From: an uncultured Elusimicrobiaceae bacterium
Lineage (GTDB): Bacteria > Elusimicrobiota > Elusimicrobia > Elusimicrobiales > UBA9959
Direction of reading: 5' to 3'
Length of the DNA stretch: 47,976 nucleotides
Assembly (NCBI GenBank): GCA_964587805.1
Contig: CAZPMW010000006.1
Location: 1 to 47,976 of the forward strand
In this document: positions 7,915-16,449 of the stretch, one piece after another
Numbering within the stretch: the first letter of the stretch is position 1
Layout of the letters: each line of letters starts with the position of its first letter
Notes under the pieces: model-generated
Database searches by the model: none
What the model saw: only the letters and a program-made list of their open reading frames with translations
Told to the model about the DNA's origin: nothing
Translations under genes and position numbers: made by a program

Positions 7915-9111
7915 TTATTGTGCCGCTGTGCGGCCGTCCGGCCCGCAGGCGGACGCCGCGGACGCTATCTCGCGCGCCAGGGCCAGCTCGCAGGCGCGCT
8001 TCTTCTCGGCAAGGCCCAGGAAATAAATTGCGATAAAAACCAGCAGCAGCCCCAGCCAGTCTTCTTTTTCCGGCGGCTTCGCCGCCATCAGCAGGAACAC
8101 GATAAGCGTCGCTATTGTTCCGGCGACAAGAGAGGTGAGGCGGTTTACCAGCCCCGCGAAAGTGGCGGTGCGGCCCTTGAACATAAACAGAAATACCGAG
8201 AAAAAAGCGCCCGCTCCGTAGGGAATACCAACCATGGCGGCTTTAACCCAGTCCTTATGCGGCAGGGAGAACGCGCCCTGGAAATTTGCGGCGAAATCCT
8301 TCGGGTTCGTCAGGTCCGGGGTCATGAACAATATCACGGCTATCGTGGCGAGTATCATCGTGACGCTGGCGGAGAGCTGCTCTACTGCGAAGAAGCCCTT
8401 GTTATCGTAGGGCACGCCCTTGGTCCGCGTGTTCTTGAAATAATTCATGATGTAAATGCGGATGGCGTAAGCGATGATATAGGCGGTCAAAATGGTCATA
8501 GCCGCTGCGTTGTTCACGAAGTCAAAGTCCCCCGGCTTGACGTAATACAGCTTCAGGCTCACGGCGCCGAGCGCGAACACAACGGCCGCGTTCTCCTGCC
8601 AGTAGACCTTCTTGGTCAATATGCCCTGGTAGATCTGGACGGCGTCTATAAGCCGGCTTATTACGATTATGCTCGCCCGCATGATTATCATCGCCACCAT
8701 GACCGAGATGGGCAGAAGGTACATGAGCGTCGTGGTCGGGATGACTACCGCGGTGCAGACTCCGGACGGTATGATATAGAGGAATTCCTTCGGGAAGGTC
8801 AGGCCGAGCATCGTGATCTTCCCCTGTGATTGGAACCGGTACCATTTCCAGCCTATTACCAGCGTGACGCAGAAAAAACTGGAAAAAAGTGTGGAATAGA
8901 CCAGGTACGGCACGTCGCCCATCGCTGGATACCCGGGCGCGGTGTTCATGAAATATTTTGGCGCAATGCCGGTCAGTATATAGGTGGCGAAATAGGCGAA
9001 AGCCAACTGCAGCAGCCTTTCCGTGGTGCCGTCCTGGGCTTTTTGCGTGAAAACCGCCCTCATTGTTTTTATCATGGTTTCCGGCGGACCGCTATCGTCC
9101 GATATCCGCAT
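7915..9111 (-). CDS. Uncharacterised polytopic membrane protein (about 10 TM, DMT-like topology)
   Basis: About ten hydrophobic segments in two similar halves; co-oriented 19 nt upstream of ugd. Start uncertain (9111 or an internal Met). Confidence 0.75.
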   Translation of the reverse strand: MRISDDSGPPETMIKTMRAVFTQKAQDGTTERLLQLAFAYFATYILTGIAPKYFMNTAPGYPAMGDVPYLVYSTLFSSFFCVTLVIGWKWYRFQSQGKITMLGLTFPKEFLYIIPSGVCTAVVIPTTTLMYLLPISVMVAMIIMRASIIVISRLIDAVQIYQGILTKKVYWQENAAVVFALGAVSLKLYYVKPGDFDFVNNAAAMTILTAYIIAYAIRIYIMNYFKNTRTKGVPYDNKGFFAVEQLSASVTMILATIAVILFMTPDLTNPKDFAANFQGAFSLPHKDWVKAAMVGIPYGAGAFFSVFLFMFKGRTATFAGLVNRLTSLVAGTIATLIVFLLMAAKPPEKEDWLGLLLVFIAIYFLGLAEKKRACELALAREIASAASACGPDGRTAAQ

Positions 9112-9175
9112 ATACTATAAATTAACTGCCGCCTCTCACAAGGACGCGAGTCCTGCTAAAAGGTATAATTTATAT

Positions 9176-10075
9176 ATGGGGAAATTCTTTTTAGGAAAAA
9201 AAAGGCTGGCCGATATCGGCCTGGTGTATTGCGCGGCAGTTTGGGGCTCTACCTTCTTTATAGTAAAGGGCGCGCTGAATTCCGTCGATCCGGTGGCGCT
9301 GGTCGGGCTGCGGTTCCTGATCGCCGCGCTGCTTATGCTGCCCTTTGCCGTCAGACACGCCAAACTTAACTCCTGGTTGAAACAAGGTTTTGTCCTCGCC
9401 CTGATCCATGCCGCGCTTTATCTCACCCAGACCCTCGGCCTGGTCTATACCTCAGCCTCCAATTCCGGATTTATCACGGGATTGTTTATAATTTTCATAC
9501 CGCTTCTGATGTTTTTCCTGCGCGGCGAGAAGCCGGGCCCTCTTCAGGGCGTTTCCGCGGGGCTGGCTATTCTGGGTCTGTGGCTGCTGACGGGCGGAAC
9601 AGGAGGGCTCAACCGGGGCGATCTGCTTACTCTCGTGGCGGCCGCCACCTATGCGGCGCATGTGGTGTTTACAGATAAGTACACCAAGGCCGGGGCCGAT
9701 CCGCTGATGCTGGCTTTCCACCAGTTCTGGATCATCGCCATTATTTCCTTTGTGCTGGTCTGGGTTACCGGCAGGCCGCTGACCGTGTCGGCTACGGGGA
9801 CGTGGTGGGTGATAGGGTTCCTGGCCGTGTTCCCAACGCTCACGGCTTTTTATGTGCAGGCGCTTGCGCAGAAAGAATCAGCTCCGTTCAGGGTCGGCCT
9901 GATTTTTACGCTGGAGCCGGTGTTCGCCGCGGCCTTCGCCTGGACCATCGGCGGGGAAAGCTTTTTGCCGGCTAAAGCCATCGGAGGCGCGCTTATAGTC
10001 GCCGGCATGCTGTCTGGAGAGCTATCCGGGCTGTACTCCGGACGCGTTGCGGAAAAAGAGGCATTGCCGGTCTGA
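9176..10075 (+). CDS. EamA/DMT family transporter
   Basis: VWGSTF, LRFLIA, SNSGFITGL, GDLLTL and FTLEPVFA in two EamA repeats. Start reassigned to ATG 9176, 6 nt after TATAAT 9164-9169. Confidence 0.9.
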   Translation: MGKFFLGKKRLADIGLVYCAAVWGSTFFIVKGALNSVDPVALVGLRFLIAALLMLPFAVRHAKLNSWLKQGFVLALIHAALYLTQTLGLVYTSASNSGFITGLFIIFIPLLMFFLRGEKPGPLQGVSAGLAILGLWLLTGGTGGLNRGDLLTLVAAATYAAHVVFTDKYTKAGADPLMLAFHQFWIIAIISFVLVWVTGRPLTVSATGTWWVIGFLAVFPTLTAFYVQALAQKESAPFRVGLIFTLEPVFAAAFAWTIGGESFLPAKAIGGALIVAGMLSGELSGLYSGRVAEKEALPV

Positions 10076-10097
10076 ACGGGACAACAAGGAGCTTAAA

Positions 10098-11306
10098 ATG
10101 CGCCAAATAATTGCGTTAATGTTTTTATTCGCCTGCGCGCCGGCGCTTAGGGCAGCCGAGATAGAATTTGTAGAGAGCGTGCCGGAGGAAACCGTTTACG
10201 GCTCGACACTGACGGCGCGGCCGGCTTCCGTTTGGATAGACATGATAAACGGGTCGTCAACAACCCTGGATTTTGAACAATTTTATATCGCTGACAAACC
10301 GGGCGAGGCGCTTGAGCCGGTTCTGGCTGCGGTGAAGGCGGCGGCCAAGCGCGGCGTTAAAGTGCGCTTTATAGTCGAAAACGGCATGATGAAGGAAACG
10401 GCAAAAGCCCTTCCGGGGCTGAGGCTGGAACCGAACGTGGAAGTAAGGATAATAAATTTCAGGAAGATCGCGGGCGGCGTGCAGCATGCGAAGTTCTTTA
10501 TCGCTGACGGGCGCGAGGTATACGTGGGCAGCCAGAACTTCGACTGGCGCTCGCTGAGTCAGATACACGAAACCGGCGCGCGCATAACAAGCGCCAGGGC
10601 GGCGCGCGATTTCGGCGCTGTTTTTGAGGCCGACTGGTCCATGGCCGGCGGCGCGGACCACAAGGCGACGCTGTCGGCGAAAACGGAGCAGCCGCTCAAC
10701 GCCGAAGATCCCGAGGCCGCTTCCGTGCGCGGAGAGCCGGTCAGCTACAGTCTCGCTTTCAGTCCGGCCGGTTCCATTCCTCAAGGTTTCGACTCAGAAC
10801 TGGACGCCATGCTGAGGCTCATAAAAGGCGCGAAGAAGTCCATCCATGCCCAGGTCATGACCTATTCCCTGTACGGGCACGGGAAAAAGAAAAGGTGGGA
10901 GATACTCGATAAGGCCCTGCGCGCCGCCGGCCGGCGCGGAGTCAGGGTGGAGCTTATGTTCGCGGATTGGTCCATGGGGGGGAAGTCCGACAAGGATATA
11001 AAAGCGCTTTCGCGCGCGAAGAATATCAGCGTCAAAATCTCAACTCTCCCGCTGCCCAGCCGCGGTTTCGTGCCGTTCTCCCGCGTGGATCACTGCAAAT
11101 ACCTGGTCTTCGACGGAAACAAAGCCATGCTGAGCACTTCCAACTGGGCCGCCGACTATTTTCTGGAGACCCGCGGCGCGGCGCTTATTGTAGAAGGCGC
11201 CGCCGGCGCCTCTACGCTAGAGGATATTTTCCAGCGTTCCTGGACCGGCCCCTACGCCGCGCCGGTGGATCCCGCCAAGGACTACCAACCCGTCAAAAGA
11301 ATGTAG
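10098..11306 (+). CDS. Secreted phospholipase D-superfamily enzyme (PLD3/poxvirus K4-like)
   Basis: Signal peptide; two HKD motifs (HAKFFIAD..YVGSQN and HCKYLVFD..STSN); VESVPE; SD AAGGAG before ATG 10098. Confidence 0.85.
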   Translation: MRQIIALMFLFACAPALRAAEIEFVESVPEETVYGSTLTARPASVWIDMINGSSTTLDFEQFYIADKPGEALEPVLAAVKAAAKRGVKVRFIVENGMMKETAKALPGLRLEPNVEVRIINFRKIAGGVQHAKFFIADGREVYVGSQNFDWRSLSQIHETGARITSARAARDFGAVFEADWSMAGGADHKATLSAKTEQPLNAEDPEAASVRGEPVSYSLAFSPAGSIPQGFDSELDAMLRLIKGAKKSIHAQVMTYSLYGHGKKKRWEILDKALRAAGRRGVRVELMFADWSMGGKSDKDIKALSRAKNISVKISTLPLPSRGFVPFSRVDHCKYLVFDGNKAMLSTSNWAADYFLETRGAALIVEGAAGASTLEDIFQRSWTGPYAAPVDPAKDYQPVKRM

Positions 11307-11342
11307 AAGGGGACGTTGTTTACTTAATGACTATTTAGCAGA

Positions 11343-11426
11343 CAAAAGACTGGGGTCAAAAGACTGGGGTCAGGTCTTTACTTTTGACTTCTTCACCTAA
11401 GGTCAAGAATCAAGACCTGACCCCCA
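11343..11426. repeat. REP-like palindromic element with a 14-bp tandem duplication
   Basis: GGGGTCAGGTCTT (11366-11378) and AAGACCTGACCCC (11412-11424) form a perfect inverted repeat with inner TTGAC/GTCAA pairing; CAAAAGACTGGGGT occurs twice at 11343-11370. Confidence 0.75.
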
Positions 11427-11435
11427 TCTGGGCAT

Positions 11436-11572
11436 TTTACTCATGGGGGGGATTAGGGCTATAATATGGATACCCTAATGGGAGTGAGGCAAACTGGGGA
11501 GTTTTCGGGATTTTATCCAGAAAACAGGCGAAAGTAATGCGACAGTACGCTGTCGGGGTCCTGTGTTACGAT
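11436..11572 (+). promoter_or_regulatory. recA promoter region with two candidate promoters and operator-like palindromes
   Basis: TTTACT-18 bp-TATAAT (11436-11465); extended -10 TGtTACGAT (11564-11572); CGACAG-N4-CTGTCG (11540-11555). Confidence 0.45.
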
Positions 11573-11655
11573 ATATAGGAAAGGACCGGCAGCGGATACG
11601 GATTTTTGCGTTTCCCGCCGCGATGCCGGCGAAAATACGAACGGAGGACAAAACA

Positions 11656-12747
11656 ATGGCAGCAATGGATAAAGAAGGTAAAGACAAAGCTTTGGAAATG
11701 GCTCTCTCGCAGATAGAGAAGAGCTTCGGCAAGGAAGCCATAATGCTTCTGGGCGAAAAGTCGTCCAGGATAAAGATAGAGGCCCTGCCCACCGGCGCGC
11801 TGTCGCTGGACCTGGCGCTCGGAATAGGCGGCCTGCCGCGCGGCCGCGTTATCGAGGTTTACGGCCCCGAGGCCGGCGGAAAGACCACCCTGACCCTGCA
11901 TATCCTGGCCGAAGTCCAGAAGCGGGGCGGCACGGCGGCCTTCATAGACGCCGAACACGCGTTGGACCCGATGTACGCGCAGCGCCTCGGCGTGAACATA
12001 GATAATCTCCTGATTTCGCAGCCGGACTCAGGCGAGCAGGCGCTGGAGATAACCGAGAAGCTGGTCCGCTCTGGCGCGGTTGACCTGATAGTCATAGATT
12101 CTGTGGCGGCGCTTGTCCCAAGGGCCGAGATCGAGGGCGAGATGGGTGACCAGCATATGGGCCTGCAGGCCAGGCTGATGAGCCAGGCCCTGCGCAAGCT
12201 CACTTCCATCATGGCCACCACCAAGACCACGGTCATTTTCATCAACCAGCTCCGTCACAAGATAGGCGTGATGTTCGGCAGCCCCGAGACCACGCCGGGT
12301 GGTCTGGCGCTTAAGTTTTATTCTTCCGTGCGGCTGGATATCCGCAAGACCGAGACCATCAAGCAGGGCGACGTGGTGACCGGCGCGCGCATCCGCGTTA
12401 AAGTAGTGAAGAACAAGGTTGCCCCGCCTTACCGCCAGGCCGAATTCGAAATGGTCAACGGCGTAGGCATCTCAGTGGAAGGCTGCGTCCTGGACATGGG
12501 CGTCGAGACCGGTTTGATAGAAAAAGCAGGCACCTGGTTCATATACAAGACCGAGCGCATGGGACAGGGCCGTGACAATGCTAAGTCCTGGCTGAAGCTG
12601 AACGCCGATAAATATAAGGAAATTGAGGCCGAACTGCGCTTCCGCTTCCTGAACCCGGGCGTGGTCCTGCCGGTTGATAAAGCTGACGGGAAAACTGAAG
12701 AGAAGCCGGAAAAGAGCGAGAAAAAAGAAAAGGCCGCGAAGAAGTAG
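11656..12747 (+). CDS. recA: Recombinase A
   Basis: GPEAGGKTT Walker [27 protein letters not shown] and [14 protein letters not shown]; SD GGAGG 11643-11647. Confidence 0.99.
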   Translation: MAAMDKEGKDKALEMALSQIEKSFGKEAIMLLGEKSSRIKIEALPTGALSLDLALGIGGLPRGRVIEVYGPEAGGKTTLTLHILAEVQKRGGTAAFIDAEHALDPMYAQRLGVNIDNLLISQPDSGEQALEITEKLVRSGAVDLIVIDSVAALVPRAEIEGEMGDQHMGLQARLMSQALRKLTSIMATTKTTVIFINQLRHKIGVMFGSPETTPGGLALKFYSSVRLDIRKTETIKQGDVVTGARIRVKVVKNKVAPPYRQAEFEMVNGVGISVEGCVLDMGVETGLIEKAGTWFIYKTERMGQGRDNAKSWLKLNADKYKEIEAELRFRFLNPGVVLPVDKADGKTEEKPEKSEKKEKAAKK

Positions 12748-12768
12748 TGTTCGTGCGGCCATCCCACG

Positions 12769-13734
12769 ATGAGAGAACTGGCTTCTGATTTCCACAGGTA
12801 TCTCACGCTAGAACGGGGCCTGAGCAGGAACACCTGCCAGGCCTACGCGGGGGACCTTAACGCTTTTCTGGGCCATTGCGAGGAGCTGGGGATCGAACCG
12901 CTGAAGGCCGACTCCCACGTTATAGAGGAATATCTTTGGAAGCTCAAGTCGGAGAGCAAGCTTAAAAGCTCTTCCATATTCAGGAAAACGGAAGCGCTGC
13001 GCTCTTTTTACCGCTTCCTGATGCTGGAGGGCCGGACGAACTCCGACCCGACGCGCAATTTTAAGGCGCCACGGATGCTCCAGCGCGTTCCGAAATTCCT
13101 GTCCGGCCCGGACATGGAGAAGCTGCTCAGCTATCCCGCGCGCGACAATTTCGTCCGTATGCGGACCGTGGCGGCCATAGAGCTGTTGTACGCGTCCGGT
13201 CTGCGCGTTTCCGAACTGCTGGGCCTGCGCCTGGAAGCGGTAAATCTTCAGCAGGGCTGGCTGCGCGTTTTCGGCAAAGGGGCCAAAGAGCGCATGGTGC
13301 CGGTTCACCGCACGGCTCTGGAGACCCTGGGCAAATATATGGAGTTGCGCCAGGCGAAGTTCGGCGGTCCGGCGGGCCAGCCTGACCAGAAGCACCGGGC
13401 GGACAAACCTGGTCCCCGCAGGAAGCCGCCGGCGGCCGGGAGAAGCGCGGATGTTTCCGTGGCCGCGGAGATCTTTCTGAACCGCTGGGGCGGGAAGTTA
13501 AGCCGGGTTCAGCTCTGGAAAGATATCCTCAGGCTGGGCAAGGAAGCGGACGTGCAGGTTCACCCGCATCTGTTCCGCCACACTTTCGCCTCGCATCTTG
13601 TGCAGGCGGGGGCCGATCTGCGGTCTGTGCAGGAAATGCTGGGGCACGCGAGCCTTAACACCACCCAGATCTATGCTCATGTGGAGAAGTCGGGAGTAAA
13701 GGCCGCGCACGACAAATTCCATCCGGATAAATAA
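12769..13734 (+). CDS. xerD: Tyrosine recombinase XerD (XerC/D family)
   Basis: ERGLS.NT..AY..DL, LYASGLRVSEL, GKGAKERMVP, HLFRHTFASHL and LGHASLNTTQIY. Confidence 0.85.
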   Translation: MRELASDFHRYLTLERGLSRNTCQAYAGDLNAFLGHCEELGIEPLKADSHVIEEYLWKLKSESKLKSSSIFRKTEALRSFYRFLMLEGRTNSDPTRNFKAPRMLQRVPKFLSGPDMEKLLSYPARDNFVRMRTVAAIELLYASGLRVSELLGLRLEAVNLQQGWLRVFGKGAKERMVPVHRTALETLGKYMELRQAKFGGPAGQPDQKHRADKPGPRRKPPAAGRSADVSVAAEIFLNRWGGKLSRVQLWKDILRLGKEADVQVHPHLFRHTFASHLVQAGADLRSVQEMLGHASLNTTQIYAHVEKSGVKAAHDKFHPDK

Positions 13735-13737
13735 AAT

Positions 13738-15288
13738 ATGATAGACGAACGCGACGATGTTTTCGACTCTAAAATAACGCTGCATGACCGGCATCGGTTC
13801 GAGATCAAGCTGGATATGGACCTGGGCCTTGCCGCCCGCCCGGCATACGAGCTGGAAAGTTATTTTTTTGTGCCGCGCGCGCTTAATATCAGCCCGCGCA
13901 CATATACGAAAGAGGACTTTTACAATAGCAACCAGCGCTACATACGCTTCAAGACGCCCAGGATCAGCCTGTCCAAGCTCTGCGACCCGGAGCTCTCCAC
14001 TTCGCCGCTAAACCGCGTGAAAGACAATCTCTCCCGTATCCTCTCGGGTTCACAGGATACCGGGTTGGTCAACCAGGTCTACGACGAGTTCAAGCTGCTG
14101 GGCTGCGTGATCAGGGGAGAGATCCGGGACCATGTCAAGAGCCTTACGGCGGAACTTGCGGCCAGCGCCGCGCGGCCGGAAGAAAGCGGCGGGAAAGTGT
14201 TCCACGGAGAAAGCTTTACCGCTTTTCTCTCGGACCTGAAGCGCCTTATCGACACGATACACGTCCTTAAAGCGGAGGTCATGGACCCCGCGGTGCCGGT
14301 CAGGCTCAAAGACACCTATAAATTCCTTGACGAATATCTGAGCCTGATCATTGAGGAGTATCTGACGCCCTTGCTTGCGGTCCTGCGCGGGAGCAAGGCG
14401 GTTCTATCCGGTTTAAACGGCATTGAGGCGGATCTGTCCGCGCTGGTGCTTTCCCAGAGCCGTTACCGCGCGGCCATGGGATACCCGTCCATTCTCAGGG
14501 ACGGCGACAGCAACGAGGTCCTTATCTACCGGCGCGGCGTGCTTAAAAAATTTATCTACAGCGTGCTCTATCTTAAGACCGAGGTGGACGAATGGCAGGC
14601 CGCCACGCAGGTCGTGTTCGGCCTGGCTGCCGGGTTAGCGATGCTGTTCGCGGTGATGGCCGCTATCTACGCCCAAAGCCGCTATACCATGAACAGCGTG
14701 CCGTTCGTGGTGGTGATAGTGACCAGCTATATCTTTAAAGACCGCATCAAGGACTGGCTTAAACACCTGTTTTCCAGGAACCTCACACGCTGGTTTTCCG
14801 ACCGCGAGATAAAGATACTGGATCCGATCGATTCAAAAAAGATAGGCGTTCTTAAGGAAGCTTTCACTTTTATCACGGGAAAAGACGTGCCGCCGGATAT
14901 CGCGCGTTTTCGCAGTATTGATAACATCACATCCATAGACGAGGACGGCAATCCTGAGCGTGTTTTTAAATATAAAAAAGAGATAACGCTGTATCCCGGC
15001 CAGATCCTCAGGGCGCACAGCCGCCGCAAAGATCTCAATGATATCATGAGGTTCAATATAAAGGATTTTATCACGCAGGCCGACGATTCCAGCGTGGATT
15101 ATCAGTACGCGGACCCGGACACCGGCAGAATCCGCTCCGTCCCCTGCGCGCGGGTCTATCATCTTAACATGATCCTTAAATATTCATACTCCGCCGCTCA
15201 GGGACAGGAGAAGGTTCATTACGACCGCATCAGGATAGTCCTGAACAAAGAGGGCCTGGTCCGGCTGGAAGACGTGAAATTGTTCTGA
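13738..15288 (+). CDS. Hypothetical protein with a central 2-TM hairpin
   Basis: 516-aa ORF starting 3 nt after the xerD stop; two hydrophobic helices at about aa 290-335 between soluble domains. Confidence 0.8.
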   Translation: MIDERDDVFDSKITLHDRHRFEIKLDMDLGLAARPAYELESYFFVPRALNISPRTYTKEDFYNSNQRYIRFKTPRISLSKLCDPELSTSPLNRVKDNLSRILSGSQDTGLVNQVYDEFKLLGCVIRGEIRDHVKSLTAELAASAARPEESGGKVFHGESFTAFLSDLKRLIDTIHVLKAEVMDPAVPVRLKDTYKFLDEYLSLIIEEYLTPLLAVLRGSKAVLSGLNGIEADLSALVLSQSRYRAAMGYPSILRDGDSNEVLIYRRGVLKKFIYSVLYLKTEVDEWQAATQVVFGLAAGLAMLFAVMAAIYAQSRYTMNSVPFVVVIVTSYIFKDRIKDWLKHLFSRNLTRWFSDREIKILDPIDSKKIGVLKEAFTFITGKDVPPDIARFRSIDNITSIDEDGNPERVFKYKKEITLYPGQILRAHSRRKDLNDIMRFNIKDFITQADDSSVDYQYADPDTGRIRSVPCARVYHLNMILKYSYSAAQGQEKVHYDRIRIVLNKEGLVRLEDVKLF

Positions 15289-15325
15289 AGGTGATTTTCG
15301 CGGGGGCTGGAGAGGAGTCCTGAAT

Positions 15326-16435
15326 ATGGAAATACAAGCTGTCGGCATTCTCAGTGCCAATACCGTGGGCACCGGCCTCGCCGAGATCTGCCTGAAGCAC
15401 GGCTATCAGGTGCGCATCTACGACAATTTCAAAGACAGCCTCAATGTGGCTCTGGCCAAAATACGGTGGGCCATGTGTCAGGCCGGGAAGGAAGAGCTGC
15501 TGGCCAATATCGAGGGAGTGCAGGATCTTTCCAGATTTAAGGGCGCCGATATCCTCATAGAGACTATGGCGCAGGACCTGGAGGCGAGGCGGCAGGTTTT
15601 TCTGAAGCTGAAGGATTTTACCGACCCCGGCTGCATTACCGCGGCGTTATGCGCCGTGCAGCCTTTAAAGGCGCTGCTTGAATACACGGACCTTCCCAAG
15701 GACAGGACGATCGGTTTAAATTTCGTGAGGCCGGTGCGCTCCAACACTTTAGTCGAACTGGTCCGGCTGGATTCCACAAAGGACGAATCCCTTGAGGCCG
15801 CTTTAAGCCTGCTGAGGAAAATAGAGAAAGTGCCGGTGCTGGTAAAGGACAACCCGGGCCAGATAGTAGAGCGGCTGCTCAGGCCGCTTATCCTCAGCGC
15901 CTTTCGGCTGCTGGAGGCCGGCAAGGGGAGCCCGCGGGAAATTGACGCAGCTTTCAGGGCTGTGGGCGGGATGTCCGCCGGCCCGCTGGAAGCCGCTGAC
16001 TTTATAGGCTTAGACCGGGATTATAAGTCGACTCAGGATATTTATGAAGCGCTGGGCAAGCCGGAGCGGCTGGCCCCATCCGCTATGGAGCTGCGCCTGG
16101 TTCAGTACGGCCAGCTGGGCAGAAAATCCACGATAGGCTTCTATATCTACGAGGACGGGCAGATCGTGGGAGAGAACCCGATACTCTCCAACGTTGTCAA
16201 ATATCTCGGGCTTAAAAAAGTGTCTAAAGAAGAGATCTTCTCGGAAATTATGCGGCCGGTTATAGAGGAGGCCAGGCTGCTGGCTTCGGAGATAATGGCC
16301 TCAGAGCGCGATATCGAGACCGCGATGAAGCTGGCGATGAACTGGCCCAAGGGACCTTTTGCCTACGGCCGCGAACTAGAGAGCCTCTTCGTAAAGAAAC
16401 GCGTGACCGAGTTCGATAACCTGGACGCCTACTAA
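15326..16435 (+). CDS. 3-hydroxyacyl-CoA dehydrogenase-like protein with degenerate NAD-binding and catalytic motifs
   Basis: Colinear with Hbd/PaaH (VKD.PG.IV.R, GP...D.IGLD, G.LGRK..GFY.Y, and a partial second C-domain WPKGPF), but the key residues are substituted. Confidence 0.8.
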   Translation: MEIQAVGILSANTVGTGLAEICLKHGYQVRIYDNFKDSLNVALAKIRWAMCQAGKEELLANIEGVQDLSRFKGADILIETMAQDLEARRQVFLKLKDFTDPGCITAALCAVQPLKALLEYTDLPKDRTIGLNFVRPVRSNTLVELVRLDSTKDESLEAALSLLRKIEKVPVLVKDNPGQIVERLLRPLILSAFRLLEAGKGSPREIDAAFRAVGGMSAGPLEAADFIGLDRDYKSTQDIYEALGKPERLAPSAMELRLVQYGQLGRKSTIGFYIYEDGQIVGENPILSNVVKYLGLKKVSKEEIFSEIMRPVIEEARLLASEIMASERDIETAMKLAMNWPKGPFAYGRELESLFVKKRVTEFDNLDAY

Positions 16436-16449
16436 GCCCTAAAATTGCT

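Noticed and set aside
7882-8829. 315-aa plus-strand ORF antisense to the membrane protein
   Set aside because: Shadow ORF from GC-rich codon bias; no motifs, and the opposite strand encodes a coherent TM protein.
11343-11426. CRISPR array
   Set aside because: Only two adjacent 14-bp copies with no spacers and no cas genes.
12769-13734. Tyrosine recombinase as a prophage or island integrase
   Set aside because: XerD-like length and motifs, housekeeping context after recA, and no att repeats, tRNA or phage genes.
15326-16435. Calling the HAD-like gene a pseudogene
   Set aside because: No frameshift or stop, a good SD, and substitutions concentrated at functional sites while the scaffold is retained.
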